In this document: positions 58,303-64,000 of the stretch, one piece after another
Layout of the letters: every line of letters begins with the position of its first letter
How positions within the stretch are numbered: position 1 is the stretch's first letter
Source of the DNA: Candidatus Babeliales bacterium
GTDB taxonomy: Bacteria; Babelota; Babeliae; Babelales; JANWKD01
DNA: 64,000 bases
Reading direction: 5' to 3'
NCBI GenBank assembly: GCA_963722075.1
Contig: CAVRJM010000001.1
Location: 288,001-352,000, forward strand
Translations under genes and position numbers: made by a program
The notes under the pieces: generated by a model
The model's database searches: none
Told to the model about the DNA's origin: nothing
Seen by the model: only the letters and a program-made list of their open reading frames with translations

Positions 58303-58491
58303 ATTTAGACCTAATCAATTAATTAAATAATAGTAATATTATAATATTATTATAATTAGCAATTTTGTCAAATAGGGCGGCCATTTCAAAAACTGCCGCC
58401 TTGTGCAAACAGGATACCTAAGCTATACTTAATTATGTATAAAAATAACTATAAATATTACCTAAATCACTGGTTTTAAAGGGTCATTTCT

Positions 58492-61101
58492 ATGGTACCA
58501 GAAAATCACCAAAAATTACCGACTAATATTAAACCGATTTTAATTGAGGATGAATTAAAAACCTCGTTTCTTGATTATGCAATGTCGGTTATTGTAAGCC
58601 GTGCTATTCCTGATGTGCGCGATGGGTTAAAGCCAGTACATAGAAGAATTTTATATACCATGGCCCAGTTGGGTTTTTATCATAATAAGCCTTATCATAA
58701 ATCAGTTCGTATTGTCGGTGACGTGCTTGGTAAATATCATCCTCACGGTGACCAAGCGGTCTATAATAGTATGGTGGGGTTGGTACAGCAATTTTCCAAG
58801 CGTTATCCGCTTCTTGATGGTCAAGGTAACTGGGGATCAGTTGATGGCGATAATGCCGCAGCTATGCGATATACTGAAGTACGAATGGCTAAAATAGCAG
58901 CCGAAATTCTTGCTGATTTAGATAAAGAAACGGTGGAATTTGTACCCAATTTTGATGAATCAACGGTTGAGCCCGTTATTTTGCCCAGTAAATTACCTAA
59001 TCTCTTGGTTAATGGGACTTCTGGTATTGCAGTGGGTATGGCTACGGCAGTGCCACCGCATAATTTATCTGAAGTCATTAATGCATGCCTTGCGTATTTA
59101 GATAATGAATCTATCGCTGATGAAGAATTATACGAGCTTATCCCAGCTCCTGATTTTCCAACAGGGGGCATTATTTGTGGGCGTGCGGGCATTGTTCGGG
59201 CATATAAAACGGGGCGCGGCAACCTTATTTTACGAGGCGTTGCTACTGTCGAAGAAACTAAAAAAGGCAGTGCCATTATCATTACGGAGCTTCCGTATCA
59301 GGTTAATAAAGCAGAACTTGCGATTAAGATTGTTGATTTAGTTAAAAATAAAATTATTGAAGGCATTTCTAATATTAGAGATGAATCTGATAAAAAGGGA
59401 ATGCGCTTAGTAATTGAAATTAAAAGAGGCGAAATGCCTCAAGTGATGCTTAATCAGCTCTATAAATTTACCGCATTGCAAAGTACGGTATCTATTTTAA
59501 TGCTTGCGTTACTTGATAATAAGCCGTTGGTATTTACCCTGCGCCAATTGATTCATGAATTTGTTATGCATCGTCATGAAATTGTCTATAAGCGTACCGT
59601 TTACGATCTTAAAAAAGCTGAGATGCGAGAGCATATTTTAGCCGGATTCATTATAGCCTTACAAAATATTGATGAGGTAATTGCGCTCATTAAAAAATCA
59701 CGCTCTGCTGAACAAGCTATCAGTGAATTAAATAAACGATTCTTGCTGACGCCTGAGCAAGGAAAAGCAATTCTTGAAATGCGTTTGCAACGTTTAACCG
59801 GTCTTGAACAAGAAAAGATTTTCCATGAAATGGAAGAATTAAAGCGCTTGATTGCTTATTTTAAATTAATTATTAATGACAGGGCTGTCCTCAAAGATGA
59901 AGTTAAGCGAGAATTAGAAGGAATTAAAGAGCAATATGGTGATGCACGCCGCACTAAAATTGAAGGACCGCTTGATATTCTTACCGAAGCGGATTTAATC
60001 CCTGAAGAAGATGTGGTGGTTACGTTAACTTCCAAAGGGTACATAAAACGAGTTCCGGTTGAGACCTACGGTGTTCAGCATCGCGGTGGGAAGGGTAAAA
60101 TGGGTATGGCTGCTTTAGAAGAAAGCGGTGATATTATGCAAGATGTGTTTGTTGCTAAAACCCATGATGAACTCTTATTCTTTACCAACCTTGGGCGTGT
60201 ATATAGCTTGAAAGTATTTGAAATTCCTGAAGGATCTCGTATTGCTAAAGGGCGCGCTATCATTAACTTATTACCATTAACTCCCGATGAACGCGTGGTG
60301 AAATTGCTTCCTACTCGAGACTTAGATAATAAATTCCTCGTGATGGTAACTAAAAATGGCATTATCAAGAAAACTGATGCGGCAGAATTTGCAAAAATTA
60401 GAACGTCAGGAATTCGCGCTATTACCTTACGTGAGCATGATGAATTAGTATTTTGCAAATTAAGTTCCGGTGAAGATACCATTATTTTAGCCACTGCCAA
60501 AGGGCAAGGAATCCGTTTTAAAGAAACGGAAGTTCGTGAAATGGGCCGGCAGGCGGCCGGCGTTATGGGTATTCGCTTAAAATCAAAAGATTATGTGGTT
60601 GGATTAGAAGTTATTTCTGGGGAGCATGATATCTTATTTGCAACTGCTCATGGCTATGGCAAACGAGTAAAACCAGAAGATTTTAGAGTTGCGCATCGAG
60701 CAGGCTATGGCGTGCGTACCATACCAACTACCGAACGCAATGGTGATGTTATTGGATTAACCATAGTAACTGATAATTCACATGTATTATTGATTGATAC
60801 AACCGGTAAAATTATTCGTTTATCGCCATCAGAAATTCGCACTATGGGACGTCAAGCTAAAGGCGTGCGTCTTATTAAATTAGATGAACATCAACGGCTA
60901 TCGGCAGTTGTTTCATTTGAAGAAGATCAGAATAATAATCATAGTGAAGAATCTAATCCAGCAACAGTTACTAATACTGTAGAGCCAAAAAAACAATTTA
61001 TTGAATATGCAATGGATGAATCGCTCTATTTTGAATCTGATACTGATGATGCTGAGATTGATTTAAATGAATTTCAATCAGATGATAAATTGCAATTTTA
61101 A
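58492..61101 (+). CDS. gyrA: DNA gyrase subunit A
   Basis: [26 protein letters not shown], GyrA box QHRGGKG, acidic tail. Confidence 0.98.
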   Translation: MVPENHQKLPTNIKPILIEDELKTSFLDYAMSVIVSRAIPDVRDGLKPVHRRILYTMAQLGFYHNKPYHKSVRIVGDVLGKYHPHGDQAVYNSMVGLVQQFSKRYPLLDGQGNWGSVDGDNAAAMRYTEVRMAKIAAEILADLDKETVEFVPNFDESTVEPVILPSKLPNLLVNGTSGIAVGMATAVPPHNLSEVINACLAYLDNESIADEELYELIPAPDFPTGGIICGRAGIVRAYKTGRGNLILRGVATVEETKKGSAIIITELPYQVNKAELAIKIVDLVKNKIIEGISNIRDESDKKGMRLVIEIKRGEMPQVMLNQLYKFTALQSTVSILMLALLDNKPLVFTLRQLIHEFVMHRHEIVYKRTVYDLKKAEMREHILAGFIIALQNIDEVIALIKKSRSAEQAISELNKRFLLTPEQGKAILEMRLQRLTGLEQEKIFHEMEELKRLIAYFKLIINDRAVLKDEVKRELEGIKEQYGDARRTKIEGPLDILTEADLIPEEDVVVTLTSKGYIKRVPVETYGVQHRGGKGKMGMAALEESGDIMQDVFVAKTHDELLFFTNLGRVYSLKVFEIPEGSRIAKGRAIINLLPLTPDERVVKLLPTRDLDNKFLVMVTKNGIIKKTDAAEFAKIRTSGIRAITLREHDELVFCKLSSGEDTIILATAKGQGIRFKETEVREMGRQAAGVMGIRLKSKDYVVGLEVISGEHDILFATAHGYGKRVKPEDFRVAHRAGYGVRTIPTTERNGDVIGLTIVTDNSHVLLIDTTGKIIRLSPSEIRTMGRQAKGVRLIKLDEHQRLSAVVSFEEDQNNNHSEESNPATVTNTVEPKKQFIEYAMDESLYFESDTDDAEIDLNEFQSDDKLQF

Positions 61102-61104
61102 TCT

Positions 61105-62172
61105 ATGAAAAATCTGCTGATACATCTTTCTTTGGTGGATGGCATCGGGCCTGCAGCAATCACCGCTATTATGAATTATGCTGCGGGGTATGCTGAAAGC
61201 GATGTCTATCTTTTTTCTACACATGATTTTATTAAAGCCGGATTGAGTGAAGCAGCTGCTATAAAAGTAGTAGCTGCATTACAAAATAAAGCTCTGCTAG
61301 AACAAGAATTGGAATTGGCACAGCGGCATGCTATTACGCTGGTAACTATTTTGGATGAATCATATCCCGCACTTTTAAAGCAGATTTATTTACCACCGGC
61401 GGTTTTATATAGTAAAGGAACGCTCCCAGCACATAAATCATTAGCCGTAGTTGGTTCGCGCAAAGCAAGCTCCTATGCACATCGGGCGGTCGAACTACTA
61501 TTACCACCCCTTATTGAGGCAGGTTGGATGATTACGAGTGGTGGGGCTTTGGGAGCCGATACTATTGCGCATCAATTAACGCTGCAACAAAAAGGAACCA
61601 CCGTTGCCGTTTTAGGTGCTGGCTTATTACGCTTATACCCGCGCGAAAATAAAAAGCTTTTTAATGAGATAGTGGCAACCGGCGGTGCATTAGTGAGCCC
61701 GTTTCCCCTACAATTTGAACCATTGCCGGGCAATTTTCCGGCACGCAATCGTATTATTGCAGGATTAAGTATCGGTTGCTTAGTGGTGCAAGCTGCGCAC
61801 AAAAGTGGTGCCCGTATAACTGCTCAATACGCGCTTGAGCAAGGAAAAGATGTTTTTGCTGTACCCGGCCTTCTTGATGATCCGCTGCAAGCAGGATGCC
61901 ATGAACTTATCCAACACGGTGCTAAATTGGTAACCAGCGCTGCTGATATTGCTTCAGAATTTAATGAACAAATAGCGGAAGTACCTGCACCAAGCCCAAA
62001 AATTGATACTATATCAGATCCTTTTCTAACCTTATGCAAAAGGCCTACTTCATTTGAAGAACTGCTTGTGCATACCAATCTTTCAAGCATTGCCTTGCAA
62101 GAAAAACTGTTCCATTTACAACTTGACGGTAAAATTGAACAAAATTTTGCTGGTTTGTGGCAAGCGCTTTAA
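61105..62172 (+). CDS. dprA: DNA-processing protein DprA
   Basis: AVVGSR, SGGALGAD..AH, FPARNRIIAGLS, SGA.ITA, VFAVPG. Confidence 0.95.
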   Translation: MKNLLIHLSLVDGIGPAAITAIMNYAAGYAESDVYLFSTHDFIKAGLSEAAAIKVVAALQNKALLEQELELAQRHAITLVTILDESYPALLKQIYLPPAVLYSKGTLPAHKSLAVVGSRKASSYAHRAVELLLPPLIEAGWMITSGGALGADTIAHQLTLQQKGTTVAVLGAGLLRLYPRENKKLFNEIVATGGALVSPFPLQFEPLPGNFPARNRIIAGLSIGCLVVQAAHKSGARITAQYALEQGKDVFAVPGLLDDPLQAGCHELIQHGAKLVTSAADIASEFNEQIAEVPAPSPKIDTISDPFLTLCKRPTSFEELLVHTNLSSIALQEKLFHLQLDGKIEQNFAGLWQAL

Positions 62173-62236
62173 CGCTTAAAATATTGACTTAAAATTGCCT
62201 GATCCGTTAAGGTTAACCAATATGGAAAGGCATGAT

Positions 62237-62347
62237 ATGAAGCAAATTATTTTCTTTTCTTTTTTAGTGTTATTGCGTGAGCATCAACTATGCTGTCATA
62301 AAAATAAACAAAATGCGATTCCTATTTTGGGAGCGCCGTTATTATAG
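62237..62347 (+). pseudogene. 36-aa ORF, little more than a signal peptide (remnant or micro-protein)
   Basis: GGAAAGG RBS; MKQIIFFSFLVLLREHQLCC resembles the next gene's MKYPFLWLLVFLSMNNQLYC. Confidence 0.35.
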
Positions 62348-62366
62348 GTAAAAAAAGGAGTACTGT

Positions 62367-62813
62367 ATGAAATATCCGTTTTTATGGTTATTAGTTTTTC
62401 TTTCAATGAATAATCAGTTGTATTGTTTTGAAAGAATAAAGAAATTATTGCAAGATTTTACCAAAACAATAGAAGAGTATGCAACCGAATCTCAAGAAGC
62501 TGAAAAGAAAAACCCCTCACCAAAAAAAAAGGGTTTGTCAGAGAAAGAATTTGAGAAATTACATGAAAAAGTAAAAGAAACGACCGAGCGCCATTTGAAA
62601 CAAGAAGCTGCACAAAAAGAAGCCGAAGAAGAAGAAAGGCAACGCAAAGAACAAGAAGCTAAAAAAGAAATTAAATCTCGCCAAAGAATATTAAAAACTC
62701 AGCTTATTCCTATGTTGCAGGGAGAACAACCAAGCAGTTTTGAAGATTTGCACGGTTCATTGACTGATTTAAAAGATAAATTAGATAGTTTATTGGTGAT
62801 AATGGAAAAGTAA
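62367..62813 (+). CDS. Secreted E/K/R-rich helical protein with C-terminal leucine helix
   Basis: AAGGAG RBS, signal peptide, charged helix, LTDLKDKLDSL. Confidence 0.7.
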   Translation: MKYPFLWLLVFLSMNNQLYCFERIKKLLQDFTKTIEEYATESQEAEKKNPSPKKKGLSEKEFEKLHEKVKETTERHLKQEAAQKEAEEEERQRKEQEAKKEIKSRQRILKTQLIPMLQGEQPSSFEDLHGSLTDLKDKLDSLLVIMEK

Positions 62814-62831
62814 TTAAGGGAGTATGAAATA

Positions 62832-63845
62832 ATGAAGAACTTTAAAAGACTTATAGCCATAGGGTCTATTAGTTTACTAGGTACTATATATAGCATGCAG
62901 AAGCCATTAGCAAAAGAATATGAAGCATCAGGAAAAAAGGAGCTTCAAGAGGCTTTTAAGCAAGCATTGCTTTATGAAAAAGAGGCGACTGAGCGTGCTC
63001 GAGAGACAAAAATAGAGGCTGAGAGACAAAGAAGAGAGCAAGAGAAAACTCGTGAAATGGCAGAGTGGCTTCGCGCCGAAGAAGAGCGAGCTGAGGTAAG
63101 AAAATTAGAAGAGAGGCGTCGCGAACAACAACGTGCCCGAGAAAAAAGGGAAGAAGAAAAAAAGTTGCAGCGAGAAGAAAAAATGGCTGAAATGAAAAAG
63201 CATATTCATAATTGGGAGCAATTTCTTGAAGAAAGTAGAGGTAGGGCTGAACAGAAAACAGGAATCACCTTGGAAGAAATAGAGCAAGAGGTAACTCGAG
63301 AGGCAGAAGAAAAAAGAAAAATTGAAGAACTAACATTACAAGCAGATGAAGCAAGAAGGGCGGCAGAGGAAGAGCGACGAAGAGCTGAACGAGAGGAAAG
63401 TCGAAAAGCATTAGCATATGAAAAAATGCAAGCTGAACTAAAGCAAGCAGAGCAGCAATGGATGCTTGAGCAATTAGCAGCGGAAAAATTAAAAATAGAA
63501 CAAGAACAAGAACGGCAAAAGCGCGCTGAACAAATACGAAGACTGCCTCAAGGAGAAAGAAAAGAAGCTACAAAAAGAATGAGGCGGGAAATAGAAAAAG
63601 AAAAATCGCGAGAAAGAGGAAGAAAAGCTGAAGAGCGAAAAAGATTAGAAGAAAGAGCTGCTGAATTGGCTGATATTTTGGAATTGGCCAAAACGTCAGA
63701 AGAAAGAGAAGAAGAACAACAGCAAGCAGAACTTGAAGCGCGATTAGAACAGTTACGACCAAGAGGTAATAAGCCTAATTTGCCTCAATTACTCGAACAA
63801 TTAAGGAATAAGCTTACTATGATTACTTCTACCTTGTCTCGTTAA
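62832..63845 (+). CDS. Secreted E/R/K-rich long helical protein with C-terminal leucine helix
   Basis: Signal peptide IYS|MQK; about 280 aa of alternating E and R/K patches; LEQLRNKLTMI. Confidence 0.75.
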   Translation: MKNFKRLIAIGSISLLGTIYSMQKPLAKEYEASGKKELQEAFKQALLYEKEATERARETKIEAERQRREQEKTREMAEWLRAEEERAEVRKLEERRREQQRAREKREEEKKLQREEKMAEMKKHIHNWEQFLEESRGRAEQKTGITLEEIEQEVTREAEEKRKIEELTLQADEARRAAEEERRRAEREESRKALAYEKMQAELKQAEQQWMLEQLAAEKLKIEQEQERQKRAEQIRRLPQGERKEATKRMRREIEKEKSRERGRKAEERKRLEERAAELADILELAKTSEEREEEQQQAELEARLEQLRPRGNKPNLPQLLEQLRNKLTMITSTLSR

Positions 63846-63853
63846 TTAGATTT

Positions 63854-63887
63854 CCGATACGACAAATAGTAATTTTTGTCGTATCGG
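63854..63887 (+). terminator. Intrinsic terminator-like hairpin
   Basis: CCGATACGACAAA / TTTGTCGTATCGG 13-bp stem followed by TGATTCTTTT. Confidence 0.75.
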
Positions 63888-64000
63888 TGATTCTTTTAAT
63901 TGGTCGACTAAAAAATTGAAATTTTTATTACTTTTGGTACTCTGAATATACATTTTACTATGCAATTTCTATATTTTTGGAGAATTTTGTCATGCCAGTA

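Noticed and set aside
58712..60500. Several alternative-frame and antisense ORFs within gyrA
   Set aside because: Shadows of a conserved gene with no recognisable motifs.

Overview
AT-rich bacterial chromosome segment. It most likely comes from an intracellular parasite of protists; the gene content and the many signal-peptide orphan proteins suggest Candidatus Dependentiae/Babelota (TM6), which is an inference, not a database match. Housekeeping genes are ltaE, an FKBP, dnaJ, argS, topA, plsC, batABCDE, lepB, tRNA-Cys/Leu, HU, a split GspE/PilB, mpg, mrdA, xerC, nth, thrS, phoH2, rpmH-rnpA-yidD, gyrA and dprA. Between them lie tandem arrays of Sec-signal proteins that look like a host-directed effector repertoire: (i) two WD40 proteins with a bipartite NLS and an Elongin-BC-box-like motif, one broken by an IS701-like element; (ii) four paralogs with intact, degenerate or absent J-domains plus bipartite NLSs; (iii) four pseudo-Nudix paralogs, one fused to a NADAR domain; (iv) tail-anchored, ankyrin and E/R/K helical proteins. 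Eleven of these proteins, from several unrelated families, place Met-[E/Q/N] right after the predicted signal-peptide cleavage site, and five proteins share a C-terminal leucine helix. Also found: a Thr-rich leader peptide and hairpin upstream of thrS (candidate attenuator, missed by the ORF track) and a family of nine or more dispersed palindromic REP/RPE-like elements, including a nested insertion. All family calls are by eye from sequence motifs; no searches were run.
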